From the NCBI GenBank assembly GCA_964479005.1, contig CAYZJA010000001.1:192001-256000 (forward strand): DNA of 64,000 nt. The letters are read 5' to 3'. The DNA is from an uncultured Candidatus Saccharibacteria bacterium (GTDB lineage: Bacteria; Patescibacteriota; Minisyncoccia; UBA6257). Below are positions 17,440 to 27,426 of the stretch, piece by piece; within the stretch, counting starts at the first letter, position 1; each line of letters begins with the position of its first letter. The notes below the pieces were generated by a model that did not search any database, had not been told where the DNA came from, and saw only the letters and a list, made by a program, of their open reading frames with translations. Made by a program: the position numbers and the translations under genes.

Positions 17440-18759
17440 TTACAGAGATACTTTGATTATTCCTGAATCAGAAAGATAGAAAATATAGTTTATTGAAGGA
17501 TCGTAGAAAAAGTTATTATTCTTTATATTACTGGCAACAGGCCAGGTTTTATTATTTTTAAGCGCGTAAATATTAAGCAGATTATTATTTAAGAATAGAA
17601 GGTAGTTGTTATCAAGAAACCAGGTAACAGGGACATCAGAAAAAAGTTTTTTAGAAGATTTAATTTCGTTTTCTGGATTATAAATTTCAATTTTATCCTT
17701 TGAATATAACAATATTTCTTTTTTGTTTAAAGAAAAAATGCCGTCAATAACATTTTCACCAATTAATTTTGGCAGATTTTCAAATCCTTTTAAATAATAA
17801 GCTTTTTTTAATCCCTCAATAATTAAAAAGTTGTTTTCACTTTTTTCTTTTCTAATTTTAGCTTTTTCTAAATCTTCAAGAGAAAAACTATACAGAGATG
17901 TTTCTATTTCTTTTTTTGTCTCCAAAGAAATTTTAGCAAAGACTCCATTTTCTTTTATAAAATAGATATAATCGTTATCAAATATAAAAGTGGAGCTTTT
18001 GCCTTCATATATTTTTTCTATAGATTCTGTAAGGAAATTAAAAAGATAAATTGCATCAGTAGTTTTAACAATTATGTCGCCATCATTTTTTAGGTAGAAA
18101 GTAGCCTGGTTTATGGTCAGAGAGGTTTGTTTTTCTTTTAATTCCGCCTGATCCAGCGCTTCTTTAAATGGAGTGTTTAAAGAGATGCCATTTTTAATAA
18201 GGCTTTTTGGTAAAAATACAATTTCCCAGTTATTTTTTTCTGAATGAATTAGAATCTTTTTTGAAGAAAAAACAATATCATATGGTAAAGAAGTGGTTTT
18301 ATGAAAGTATTCTTTTTGTTTCGTGCTTCTATCAAAGATATACCAATCATAATTAGAGGATTTTTTTATGAAAAGAATGCGATTAGAATCTGGGCTTAAA
18401 TAGAAACGTTCGATTTTTTCATTCGTTATAATTCTTTCTTCAGGCCAAGTATTAGGGAATAGATAAATATGATTAAGATTAGTTGTTTTATTGCTTTCAA
18501 TTTTTACTTTATCCTCCAAAAATGAATAATCTGGACAAGAAAAAGATATAGAATGTTCGCCAGGATGTAATCTGATTCTAAAAATACCTTGTTTATTCTG
18601 ATAAGTTTTATTATTAATTTTTAAAGTAGTTTCAGCAGGATAAACCCGAGCTTCTAAAATTCCTTGGGACTCTAAATATCTTTGGAAAGAACGAAAACCA
18701 AAAAATATTCCGATTCCTAAAACTAGGATTACTGACAGAATTGTTAGAATTCTATTCAT
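17440..18759 (-). CDS. membrane-anchored PEGA-domain / beta-propeller-like protein
   Basis: N-terminal TM; PEGA-like ARVYPAETTLKINNKTYQNKQGIFRIRL; repetitive beta-rich C-terminus. Confidence 0.4.
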   Translation of the reverse strand: MNRILTILSVILVLGIGIFFGFRSFQRYLESQGILEARVYPAETTLKINNKTYQNKQGIFRIRLHPGEHSISFSCPDYSFLEDKVKIESNKTTNLNHIYLFPNTWPEERIITNEKIERFYLSPDSNRILFIKKSSNYDWYIFDRSTKQKEYFHKTTSLPYDIVFSSKKILIHSEKNNWEIVFLPKSLIKNGISLNTPFKEALDQAELKEKQTSLTINQATFYLKNDGDIIVKTTDAIYLFNFLTESIEKIYEGKSSTFIFDNDYIYFIKENGVFAKISLETKKEIETSLYSFSLEDLEKAKIRKEKSENNFLIIEGLKKAYYLKGFENLPKLIGENVIDGIFSLNKKEILLYSKDKIEIYNPENEIKSSKKLFSDVPVTWFLDNNYLLFLNNNLLNIYALKNNKTWPVASNIKNNNFFYDPSINYIFYLSDSGIIKVSL

Positions 18760-18876
18760 ATAATTCGTACATATTAATATATTTGTATCATTAAGATTAT
18801 ATATGATTTGAGCTTAAAAAGAAAATATTATACAATAGAAGAGTGATAAAAAATAGAAAAGTACTTAAAAAAATAG

Positions 18877-19977
18877 ATGATTAAACCAAATAAACTTAAT
18901 CGTTTGCTCGTTACTTTTAGCGTACTTCTTTTGGTGTTAGGTTTGATTGCCTTAATAAGCGCTTCTGCTGTAATCGGAGAACAGGAACACGGTGATGTTT
19001 ATCATTTTGTTAAAAGACAATTATTTCTTGGAATATTTTTAGGATTAATTTTTGCTTGGATTGTTTCAAAGATAAATTATCACTCTTTAGCAAAACTGTC
19101 CTTAATTTTATTAATTTCTAATATTCTTTTATTGCTTCTATGTTTTATTCCGGCACTTCAACCAATAGGTTCGTCAGCCAATAGATGGTTAAGAATCGTT
19201 TTTATAAATTTTCAACCCTCTGAATTTATAAAACTAACCTACATTCTTTTTCTTGCCAGTTTATTAAGTCGTTTTTCATTAGATAAAAGGCGAAAAATGC
19301 ATATTACGCCTTTTATTGTTTTTGTATGTTCTTTAGCCATTATTGGTGTTATTATTATAAAGCAGCCAGCCACAGGGACTTTAATTGTTTTAGCTTTATC
19401 TAGTGTAATGGTCTATATTGTTGCAGGTATGAGCGTAACTCAATTTTTGTCTTTAGGATTAATAGGTATTTTGGGACTGGTCTTTATAATAAAAAGAACT
19501 TCTTACCGTTTTGAGAGGATATTATCATTCTTGTCGCCAGGAAGTGACCCATTAGGTAAAGGTTATCATATTATTCAATCTTTAATTGGTATTGGTTCTG
19601 GAGGATTACTTGGTATAGGGTTTGGAAGATCAATACAAAAATTTAATTATTTACCAGAGAGCCATACCGATGCTATTTTTTCTATAATTGCCGAGGAATT
19701 TGGTTTTTTGGGATCTTTAATAATAATTATTCTTTTTATTTTCCTTATATCAATTGGGTTGAAAATAGCCAAAAGAGCGCCAGATAACTTAGGAAAATTT
19801 TTGGCAATAGGTTTAACTTGCAATATTGGTTTTCAGGCATTCATTAATATTGCGGCTATGTGCCAGTTGGTTCCTATGACAGGCATTCCTTTGCCGTTTA
19901 TAAGTTATGGTGGTTCTTCTATGGTAGCAACTTTGATAAGTATTGGAATTTTAAGCAATATAGCAAAACAAACATAA
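18877..19977 (+). CDS. ftsW: SEDS-family cell-division/elongation glycosyltransferase FtsW/RodA
   Basis: 10-TM profile; conserved GSSANRWL, FIKLTYIL, PESHTDAIFS, GLLGIGFG. Confidence 0.8.
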   Translation: MIKPNKLNRLLVTFSVLLLVLGLIALISASAVIGEQEHGDVYHFVKRQLFLGIFLGLIFAWIVSKINYHSLAKLSLILLISNILLLLLCFIPALQPIGSSANRWLRIVFINFQPSEFIKLTYILFLASLLSRFSLDKRRKMHITPFIVFVCSLAIIGVIIIKQPATGTLIVLALSSVMVYIVAGMSVTQFLSLGLIGILGLVFIIKRTSYRFERILSFLSPGSDPLGKGYHIIQSLIGIGSGGLLGIGFGRSIQKFNYLPESHTDAIFSIIAEEFGFLGSLIIIILFIFLISIGLKIAKRAPDNLGKFLAIGLTCNIGFQAFINIAAMCQLVPMTGIPLPFISYGGSSMVATLISIGILSNIAKQT

Positions 19978-19997
19978 TAATTAATTCAAAACCTAAT

Positions 19998-21197
19998 ATG
20001 GATCTTTCATTTTTAAAACCTAAATTTTCTTTTGATAAAACCGTACGCATAGTATTTACTGGCGGTGGCTCTGGTGGGCATACCTTTCCTTTGATTGCTG
20101 TTTATAGAGAGCTTAAAAAAGTAGCTGAGACGCAAAAAGTTTCTTTAGAAATTATATATATAGGACCTAATGATTTTACTCTTCCATACATTTTAAAAGA
20201 GCAGGGGATAAAGATAAGAACAATTACAACCGGAAAATTCATGGGTTCATTTAATCTTATTAAAAGTATTTTTGGATTTTTTAAAACCATAGGAGGTATT
20301 TTCCAATCTCTTTATTATGTTTATATTTCAATGCCTGATGTTATTTTTTCTAAAGGGGGATACGGTTCTTTCCCGGTAGTCTTTTGGGGAATTCTTTTCT
20401 TTATTCCTACTTATACGCATGAAAGCGACGCTGTTCCTGGTTTAGTTAATCATATTATAGGAAGATTTTGCCAAAAAGTTTTTGTATCTTTTGATTACAC
20501 AAAAAGATATTTTTCACCAAAAAAAACATTGTTAACGGGAAATCCTATACGATTAGATTTGTTTGATGAAACATTAGATAAAGAAAATACTAAAAAATTA
20601 TTAAAATTAGATATAGAAAAGCCGGTTGTAACAATAATTGGCGGATCGCAAGGTTCTCGCCATATTAATGATTTTATTTTAGATATTCTTCCGAAAATTA
20701 TTAAAGATGTAGAAATAATTCATCAAACAGGCAAAACAAATTATAAAGAGGTAGCAAGAGAAGCTGATATTGTTTTTCAGGAAATCATAGGGGATAAGGG
20801 GCAACAAAAATATTATCATTTTTTGCCATTTTTTGAAGAAACAACAATACCAAGCATTTTTTCTTTAAAAGAAGTATTTGCTGCTAGTGATTTAATTATA
20901 GCTCGCGCTGGAAGTGGCTTAATTTTTGAAATTGCCGCAAGTGGAAAGCCCTCAATTCTTATACCCTTACCATGGGCGAGTCGTGGCCATCAAAAGAAAA
21001 ATGCCTATGAGTATGCTAAAAATGGAGCAGCTATTGTTGTTGAAGAAGGGAATTTAAAACCGAATGTATTCTCAGGTTTAATTCTTCAGATTATTTCTGA
21101 TAAAAAAAAGAATGAAAAAATGAGTGAAGCAGCCCTTGAGTTTTCTAAACCAAAGGCAGCGTACAATATAGCGCAACATCTACTTCAAAATATATAA
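19998..21197 (+). CDS. murG: undecaprenyldiphospho-muramoylpentapeptide beta-N-acetylglucosaminyltransferase
   Basis: VFTGGGSGGHTFPLIAV N-terminal motif; C-terminal GSGLIFEIAASGKPSILIP; the true start is probably the internal ATG at 19998 rather than the ORF-track start. Confidence 0.85.
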   Translation: MDLSFLKPKFSFDKTVRIVFTGGGSGGHTFPLIAVYRELKKVAETQKVSLEIIYIGPNDFTLPYILKEQGIKIRTITTGKFMGSFNLIKSIFGFFKTIGGIFQSLYYVYISMPDVIFSKGGYGSFPVVFWGILFFIPTYTHESDAVPGLVNHIIGRFCQKVFVSFDYTKRYFSPKKTLLTGNPIRLDLFDETLDKENTKKLLKLDIEKPVVTIIGGSQGSRHINDFILDILPKIIKDVEIIHQTGKTNYKEVAREADIVFQEIIGDKGQQKYYHFLPFFEETTIPSIFSLKEVFAASDLIIARAGSGLIFEIAASGKPSILIPLPWASRGHQKKNAYEYAKNGAAIVVEEGNLKPNVFSGLILQIISDKKKNEKMSEAALEFSKPKAAYNIAQHLLQNI

Positions 21198-21231
21198 GGT
21201 ATAGAGTATACTGTATACAAAGTGCATATTT

Positions 21232-22731
21232 ATGGATGATCCTAAAACCCCACAATCATTATTCGGGCCTAGGGTCAGGTTAGCCCCTAGCCCCACTGGT
21301 CTATTTCATTTAGGCACTGCCAGAACAGGTTTATTTAATTATTTATTTGCCCGTAAAGCAGGCGGAAAATTTATTTTAAGAATAGAAGATACTGATAAAG
21401 AGAGATCAAAAAAAGAATACGAGGATAATATACTTGAAGGATTAAAATCTTTAGGAATTGAATGGGATGAAGGCCCTGACATTGGCGGATTTCTTGGTCC
21501 GTATCGCCAAAGTGAAAGATTGGAAATTTATGAAAAATACCTTCGTCAATTATTAAAAGAAAAAAAAGCTTATTATTGTTTTTGTTCTCCAGAGGAAATT
21601 GAGGCGCAAAGAGAGGAAATGATTGCTCGTGGCGTTCCACCTAAGTATTCAGGTAAATGCCGCGATTTATCAGAAAGCGCAGCAAAAACCTATTTAGCTG
21701 AAGACAAGCCAGCTGTTATAAGGATAAAAATGCCTAATAAGGTAATTAAATTTGAAGATATTATTCGTGGAGAAGTACAATTTGATTTGAGCTTAATAGG
21801 CGATATAGTGATAGCTAAAAGCTTTAAAGATCCTTTATACAATTTTGCTGTGGTTATAGACGATTATTTAATGAAAATAACGCACGTAATTCGCGGGGAA
21901 GACCATATTTCCAATACACCTAAGCAAATGACCGTTCAAGAAGCATTAGACCTTCCTAGACCCAATTATGCGCATTTACCGATGATTTTAGGGTCTGATA
22001 GGTCTAAATTAAGTAAAAGACATGGGGCTATGGCTTTAACAGAGTATAGAAAAATGGGTTATTTACCTGAGGCTTTGGTTAATTTTTTAGCGTTTTTAGG
22101 GTGGCACCCAATAGGGAATCAGGAAATATTAAATTTAGAAGAGTTAATTGATAAATTTGATTTAGAACGTGTTCAAAAAGGAGGCGCTATTTTTAATATA
22201 AGAAAATTAGATTGGTTTAATGCTCAGTATTTTAAAAGAATGTCTTCAGACGAATTAATGAATAGGGTAGTGGATTATATTAAAAATTTTTCATCTACTC
22301 CACAAATAATCAAAGAATATGATATTGATTATATAAAAAAAGTTATTGATATAGAAGTTCCAAGAATGAATAAGTTGAGCGATTTAATAGATTTATCAGA
22401 TTTCTTTTTCAAAAAGAAGATCGAATATTCAAAAGAACTTTTAAAATGGAAAGATATGACTGACATAGAACTAGCAAAATCACTGCAAGATTCTTTAAAC
22501 ATTTTGGAAAAAATAAAAGAAAGTGAATTTAATAGAGTTAATCTGCAAATAAAATTTTATAATTTTATAGATGAAAATCCAAATTATACAGGGAATAAAG
22601 GTAAACTACTTTGGCCTTTAAGAGTTGCCTTATCTGGAAAAAAGGCTTCACCAGGTCCATTTGAAATAGCTGAGGTTTTGGAAAGAGAGAGAAGTATTGA
22701 GAGGGTGAAACAAGCTTTAAAAAATTATTAA
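21232..22731 (+). CDS. gltX: glutamate--tRNA ligase
   Basis: PSPTGLFHLGTART (HIGH region), KLSKR (KMSKS). Confidence 0.9.
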   Translation: MDDPKTPQSLFGPRVRLAPSPTGLFHLGTARTGLFNYLFARKAGGKFILRIEDTDKERSKKEYEDNILEGLKSLGIEWDEGPDIGGFLGPYRQSERLEIYEKYLRQLLKEKKAYYCFCSPEEIEAQREEMIARGVPPKYSGKCRDLSESAAKTYLAEDKPAVIRIKMPNKVIKFEDIIRGEVQFDLSLIGDIVIAKSFKDPLYNFAVVIDDYLMKITHVIRGEDHISNTPKQMTVQEALDLPRPNYAHLPMILGSDRSKLSKRHGAMALTEYRKMGYLPEALVNFLAFLGWHPIGNQEILNLEELIDKFDLERVQKGGAIFNIRKLDWFNAQYFKRMSSDELMNRVVDYIKNFSSTPQIIKEYDIDYIKKVIDIEVPRMNKLSDLIDLSDFFFKKKIEYSKELLKWKDMTDIELAKSLQDSLNILEKIKESEFNRVNLQIKFYNFIDENPNYTGNKGKLLWPLRVALSGKKASPGPFEIAEVLERERSIERVKQALKNY

Positions 22732-22739
22732 TTAAAATT

Positions 22740-22934
22740 ATGGATAATATAGATCAACTAATTGCGCAGGCTTCACAAATTTTTACTAAAGTTCTTTATG
22801 AGATAACTCATCTCACAGATCAGGTTTTTATATCTGGAATATTAGGACATTTATGGGCGTTTTTAAAAACAATAATCCAATTTATTATTCTAGCATTAGA
22901 AGCATTAGTTAGAATTTTAAAGTTTTTCGTTTAA
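22740..22934 (+). CDS. hypothetical small hydrophobic protein (64 aa)
   Basis: ORF only. Confidence 0.25.
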   Translation: MDNIDQLIAQASQIFTKVLYEITHLTDQVFISGILGHLWAFLKTIIQFIILALEALVRILKFFV

Positions 22935-22993
22935 CAAATAACAATAAAACAATTTAGCAATTTAGCAATATACTGAATTTGGGGGGAGTACTC

Positions 22994-23021
22994 TTGACAA
23001 GTCATCTAAGATGGCTATAAT
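22994..23021 (+). promoter_or_regulatory. promoter of the recombinase gene (TTGACA-16-TATAAT), with an AATTTAGC x2 direct repeat upstream and a GTTCGC-N14-GCGAAC inverted repeat in the leader
   Basis: TTGACA 22994-99, TATAAT 23016-21; tandem CAATTTAGCAATTTAGC at 22958-22975; inverted repeat at 23035-23063. Confidence 0.5.
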
Positions 23022-23109
23022 TAAAGTATAATAAGGTTCGCATAATTATAGTTAAGCGAACATCTAATATAGCTTATAATAGCCTATTATACATTGTCAC
23101 GTTAATAAC

Positions 23110-24066
23110 ATGAAAAAGAACCAAAAACCAATCCCCTGTCATTTATCTGATTTTTTAGATTGGTTAGATATTGAAAAAGGTTTATCTTCTAAATCCCAGG
23201 AAAATTATAATAGATTTTTAAAAAAATTTTTAGATTGGTTAAAATCAAATAATTTAGAGGGTTTAAAGCCTCATGAATTAACTACTGATCATGTTTGGAA
23301 ATATCGGGTTTTCCTCTCGCGCCGATATCTTCCTAAAACGAAAACACCCCTTAAAAAAACAACTCAAAATTATTATTTAATAGCTTTAAGGTCCTTTTTG
23401 AATTATTTTGCTGATAGAGATATTTTGTCTTTACCATCTGAAAAGATAAAATTAGCTAAAGATAGAGATGAAAAACAAGTTAGTTTTTTAAATTTAGAGC
23501 AATTAGAGAAATTATTTTCAGCTCCTGACACTTCTAAAAAGCAAGAATTGCGGGACAGAGCTATTTTAGAGGTTTTATTCTCTACTGGTATGAGGATAGC
23601 AGAATTAGTTTCATTAAACCGGGATCAAATTAAAATAAATCCTGGAATAAAAGAATTAGAAGTTGGGATTATTGGCAAAGGGAAAAAACTACGAACTGTT
23701 TATTTCTCTGAAAGAGCTCTATCTTGGTTATCTAAATACTTTAAAACCCGAAATGATGATGAAAAAGCGTTATTTATCAATTATAGAAGCAGGAAAGGAG
23801 CGCCACGGAGATTAACTCCACGTTCAATTGAAAAAAATATGAAAAAATATGTGATTATGTCAGGGGTTCCAATAACAACTACTCCTCACGCCATGCGCCA
23901 TACTTTTTCGACAGATCTTTTAAATCAAGGCGTGGATTTAAAAATACTCCAGGAATTTCTTGGCCACAAAAGCATTGCCGCTACACAAATTTACGCGCAT
24001 GTTACGAGTAAAAAACTTCGTGAGGTACATCGGAAATTTCACAGTGGCCGTAAATTAAAAACATAA
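23110..24066 (+). CDS. tyrosine site-specific recombinase (XerC/XerD / phage integrase family)
   Basis: N-terminal SAM-like domain; catalytic region HAMRHTFSTDLL...LGHKSIAATQIYAHV (R-H-R-Y signature). Confidence 0.8.
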   Translation: MKKNQKPIPCHLSDFLDWLDIEKGLSSKSQENYNRFLKKFLDWLKSNNLEGLKPHELTTDHVWKYRVFLSRRYLPKTKTPLKKTTQNYYLIALRSFLNYFADRDILSLPSEKIKLAKDRDEKQVSFLNLEQLEKLFSAPDTSKKQELRDRAILEVLFSTGMRIAELVSLNRDQIKINPGIKELEVGIIGKGKKLRTVYFSERALSWLSKYFKTRNDDEKALFINYRSRKGAPRRLTPRSIEKNMKKYVIMSGVPITTTPHAMRHTFSTDLLNQGVDLKILQEFLGHKSIAATQIYAHVTSKKLREVHRKFHSGRKLKT

Positions 24067-24085
24067 GTAAAATAAATAAAATAAG

Positions 24086-24113
24086 GTAGAGGTTTGTTCC
24101 CCTACCTTATAAA
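24086..24113. terminator. bidirectional stem-loop between the convergent recombinase and small-gene operon
   Basis: AAGGTAGAGG-tttgtt-CCCCTACCTT. Confidence 0.5.
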
Positions 24114-24129
24114 TTCAGCTTCTATGTTT

Positions 24130-24336
24130 CTACATTTTATTTTCAATCAATCTTAGAATTCTTTTCCATTTCTCAAAATTCTTATTAATAACTTTTGAAA
24201 TTTTTTTCCAATCTTCAGGGGATGGCTCACGTATGCCCTTTTTTGGTTCCCCTAAAAAGATTTCCCCTGTTTTTGTATCACAAACAATATCATCTCCATT
24301 TTCTAATTTACCTATTTCTTCCCAATTAGCCATCAT
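24130..24336 (-). CDS. hypothetical small protein (68 aa)
   Basis: 11-nt overlap with the upstream gene suggests translational coupling. Confidence 0.35.
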   Translation of the reverse strand: MMANWEEIGKLENGDDIVCDTKTGEIFLGEPKKGIREPSPEDWKKISKVINKNFEKWKRILRLIENKM

Positions 24337-24649
24337 TTTTCACCTCTTCGATAATTTTATCAATCTTTAATCTATCATTAGGTACAAGATCTTTCATTTT
24401 GAGACCGAAAACCTCATTAATTACGCGAGTAAGGATGTTTTCTAGATTTTCATTTACTTTTTCCTCTAATTCTTTTATTTGTCTCAGTAGGCCGTCAATC
24501 TCGATGTCTTTATGGATGTTTTTAGCTTCCAGCTCAGACCATAGATTCTCAAAATAAGATTTAATGGCTATGTCTAGCAGGTCTTTTTGGGTATCTGATA
24601 GATAGTTACAATTCCAAATAAAATCAATAAGTTTTTCCCTGAGAGTCAT
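24326..24649 (-). CDS. hypothetical acidic coiled-coil protein (107 aa)
   Basis: ORF; operon with its neighbours. Confidence 0.35.
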   Translation of the reverse strand: MTLREKLIDFIWNCNYLSDTQKDLLDIAIKSYFENLWSELEAKNIHKDIEIDGLLRQIKELEEKVNENLENILTRVINEVFGLKMKDLVPNDRLKIDKIIEEVKNDG

Positions 24650-24701
24650 TTATTCACTCCTCCTTTTTTTATTTATTTCAGATTTTTGAATCTCAATCTA
24701 T

Positions 24702-24899
24702 CTAATAAATTTGTGTCTTTTCTTTATGTATACCATCAAGAATTGCTTTTATTCGCGGTTCTGATTTTTTATTGATGTACTTCCCTTGGTCTTTTATTTC
24801 TTTTTTGCTCATTTTCTTACCTTTTCCTCTTGTCCGCGGTCTTTTTAGAATATCAGCCGGACTAGAGCACAATGTTATTTGCTCTGATATTTTTGCCAT
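24702..24899 (-). CDS. hypothetical small basic protein (65 aa)
   Basis: Lys/Arg-rich; first gene of a three-gene minus-strand operon. Confidence 0.35.
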   Translation of the reverse strand: MAKISEQITLCSSPADILKRPRTRGKGKKMSKKEIKDQGKYINKKSEPRIKAILDGIHKEKTQIY

Positions 24900-25121
24900 T
24901 ACAATCCCCTCCTTCTATATATTTTTTATATTTTTATTATTATTCAGTTTTCAATCTGCAAGCTACACAGTCATGTAGCCTTATTATATCAATAATCATT
25001 AGACCTGTCAACCCAGCACTACCTATACATAGGTGCGTGGGGTATATGAAATTGAATAAATAAATGCTAATATAACTAACATTGCCCATTATTATTTGTT
25101 AATTGTTATTTGTTAATTTTT

Positions 25122-26303
25122 ATGAGAATAAGTTATTCCAGTTTAGAGAATTTTAAACAGTGTCCTCTAAAATATAAGTTTTCTAATATAGATAAAATAA
25201 AAGAGCCTAAAAGCAAAGAGGCTATTTTTGGCACTTATATTCATAAAGTTCTGAAATGGTTTTATCAAAAAGATCCACACTTCCCTACTCTTGATGCTTT
25301 ATTAAAGTATTATCGTGATTATTGGCCTAGAAAAACAGAAGGATTTGAATGGAAAGATCCTGAAGAAGAAAAATCTTATTTCAAAGAGGGGTTAAGAATA
25401 TTAGAAGAATTTTATAAGAAAAATATTCCACATAAAACATCTATTTTGGATTTAGAAACAAGGTTTGAAGTTGTTATTGATGAAAATCCTAATAAACCAA
25501 ATGGCAAGCATATTTTAACAGGCGTAATAGATAGAATAGATAAATTACCAGATGATACAATTGAAATAATTGATTATAAAACAGGAAAAAGAATGCCTTC
25601 TCAAAAAGCTTTAGATAAAAATGATCAACTTTCTCTTTACGCTATTGGATTAAAAAGCCGTTGGCCAAGAACTAAAATTGAAGATTTACGCCTAAGCTTA
25701 TATTTTCTTAAGTTCAATGAAAGAATAAATACCAAAAGAACAGAAAAAGACTTGGAAGAAGCAAAAGATAAAATAATAAATTTAATTCATCGAATAGAAA
25801 AAAGCGATTTTGAACCTCATTCTTCAGCATTATGTGGTTGGTGCGGTTATCGTAATATTTGTCCAATTTGGCGGCATTTTTATGAAGACGAGGAAAGCAA
25901 TCATTTAAATGATATAGATATTAAAGAAAAAATAGATAAATACTTTGTTTTAAAAAAAGAAAAAGAAAAATTAGAACAAGAATTATTAGAATTAAAGAAT
26001 TTAATTGATGTTTATTGTCATCAAAAAGGATTAAAGCGCGTATTTGGTGAAAATGGTTATTTTAGCCATACTGTTTATAACAAAGTTTCTTATGATATTC
26101 CTAAATTAAAAGAAATTTTAGAGCCATTGGAAAAATGGGAAGATATTATTGAAATTAATGCTAAAAAATTAAAAAAGGTTTTAAAAGAGATACCTGCTGA
26201 TTTGAGGGAAAAAATAAAAGAAACAGAAAAAATAGAAGAAAAATTTAAATACTTATCCACCAACCATATAAGCAAAAAAGAAATCAAAGAGCAACTGCCT
26301 TAG
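25122..26303 (+). CDS. PD-(D/E)XK nuclease family protein with a Cas4/AddB-like 4Fe-4S cysteine cluster
   Basis: N-terminal ISYSSLENFKQCPLKYKF; D...ExK core GVIDRIDKLPDDTIEIIDYKTGK; C-terminal CGWCGYRNIC. ATG at 25122 is preferred over TTG at 25110. Confidence 0.65.
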   Translation: MRISYSSLENFKQCPLKYKFSNIDKIKEPKSKEAIFGTYIHKVLKWFYQKDPHFPTLDALLKYYRDYWPRKTEGFEWKDPEEEKSYFKEGLRILEEFYKKNIPHKTSILDLETRFEVVIDENPNKPNGKHILTGVIDRIDKLPDDTIEIIDYKTGKRMPSQKALDKNDQLSLYAIGLKSRWPRTKIEDLRLSLYFLKFNERINTKRTEKDLEEAKDKIINLIHRIEKSDFEPHSSALCGWCGYRNICPIWRHFYEDEESNHLNDIDIKEKIDKYFVLKKEKEKLEQELLELKNLIDVYCHQKGLKRVFGENGYFSHTVYNKVSYDIPKLKEILEPLEKWEDIIEINAKKLKKVLKEIPADLREKIKETEKIEEKFKYLSTNHISKKEIKEQLP

Positions 26304-26668
26304 TTGCATCTAGTATTATAAATATATCCCCTATTTTCAGCTTCTTGTTGGGTTTTAAAATAGATTCGATTTTCTTCTTTTAATGAATTAGACAAACTAC
26401 AATCTACTGGATAATAATATTTTCCTCTGGAACTGGCTACAAATGAAAATTCTTTAGCTGTTATTGTAGTTTTATCTATTATAGGTTCATCAATGCTTGT
26501 TATTAATTCTTTTTCTATAATGATCGGTGGACGGGAGATAATATCAGCTCCAATAATAATACCAAGGGAAAAAGATAAAGTTATACTTAAAAATCCAAGG
26601 CTGAACAGCCAAAAATTCTTTTTGACAAATAGAACAAATTTTGTTAGAATTTTCAAACAGTGGGGCAT
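26300..26668 (-). CDS. membrane-anchored protein with a C-terminal Y-x4-C...RIYF...EA-x2-GY...C motif
   Basis: N-terminal TM; C-terminus GKYYYPVDCSLSNSLKEENRIYFKTQQEAENRGYIYNTRC. Confidence 0.4.
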   Translation of the reverse strand: MPHCLKILTKFVLFVKKNFWLFSLGFLSITLSFSLGIIIGADIISRPPIIIEKELITSIDEPIIDKTTITAKEFSFVASSRGKYYYPVDCSLSNSLKEENRIYFKTQQEAENRGYIYNTRCN

Positions 26669-26688
26669 AAAAATTTTAATTTTTAAAT

Positions 26689-26979
26689 ATGGCGCATGTT
26701 AAATCGGGTGGTTCAACAAAATTAGGAAGAGATTCAAGATCTAAAAGATTAGGAGTTAAAAGATTTGATGGTCAGATAGTAAAATCTGGCAATGTTTTAA
26801 TTAGGCAAAGAGGAACTAAGTGGCATCCTGGATTAAACACTAAGTTAGGTTGCGATGATACTATTTACGCTCTTATCAATGGAATAGTAAAATTTTCTAA
26901 TAGAAGAAAAAGAACTTTTACAGGCAAAACAAAAAGAATTAGTTTAGTAAATGTCATTCCTTCTGCTCAGAAACAATAG
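26689..26979 (+). CDS. rpmA: 50S ribosomal protein L27 (with a C-terminal basic extension)
   Basis: [48 protein letters not shown]. Confidence 0.9.
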   Translation: MAHVKSGGSTKLGRDSRSKRLGVKRFDGQIVKSGNVLIRQRGTKWHPGLNTKLGCDDTIYALINGIVKFSNRRKRTFTGKTKRISLVNVIPSAQKQ

Positions 26980-27418
26980 CTTTAATTCTTACCTTCAAGG
27001 AGGTTTCTATTTTAGGATATAGAATTAGACGCACATCATAAAGTCCCTCTTTTTTGAGGGGTTTTTTTAATTCAATTTGGTTTTCTAATAAATGAATGCC
27101 TTGGGATTCTAATTCTTCAATAATTCTTTTGCTATTTACAGAGCTATAAGCTTCTTTTCCTTTTTCAGGGAATTTAAGCGGAATTTCTAAAATAATCTTT
27201 TTAAGACGGGTGGCTAGTTTAAGAGCTTGCTCTTTTTGTTTTTTATCAGTTTTTATCTTCTGTTCTTTTTTTTCTGAAACCTTTTTGATAATATCTGAGT
27301 CAGCTCTTTGGGCAATTTTTTGGGGAAAAAGATAATTTATAGCATAACCATCTGCTACATTTTTAATTTCTCCTTTATTGCCTAAACTTTGGACATCTTT
27401 TAAAAGATAAATTTTCAT
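26954..27418 (-). CDS. rplI: 50S ribosomal protein L9
   Basis: [36 protein letters not shown]. Confidence 0.85.
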   Translation of the reverse strand: MKIYLLKDVQSLGNKGEIKNVADGYAINYLFPQKIAQRADSDIIKKVSEKKEQKIKTDKKQKEQALKLATRLKKIILEIPLKFPEKGKEAYSSVNSKRIIEELESQGIHLLENQIELKKPLKKEGLYDVRLILYPKIETSLKVRIKAIVSEQKE

Positions 27419-27426
27419 AGGGATTA

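Noticed and set aside
23110-24066. Declaring the tyrosine recombinase a prophage integrase
   Set aside because: Its N-terminal SAM-like domain and size (318 aa) equally fit chromosomal XerC/XerD. No flanking direct repeats were identified by eye, so it is left as XerC/D-family with the mobile-element possibility flagged.
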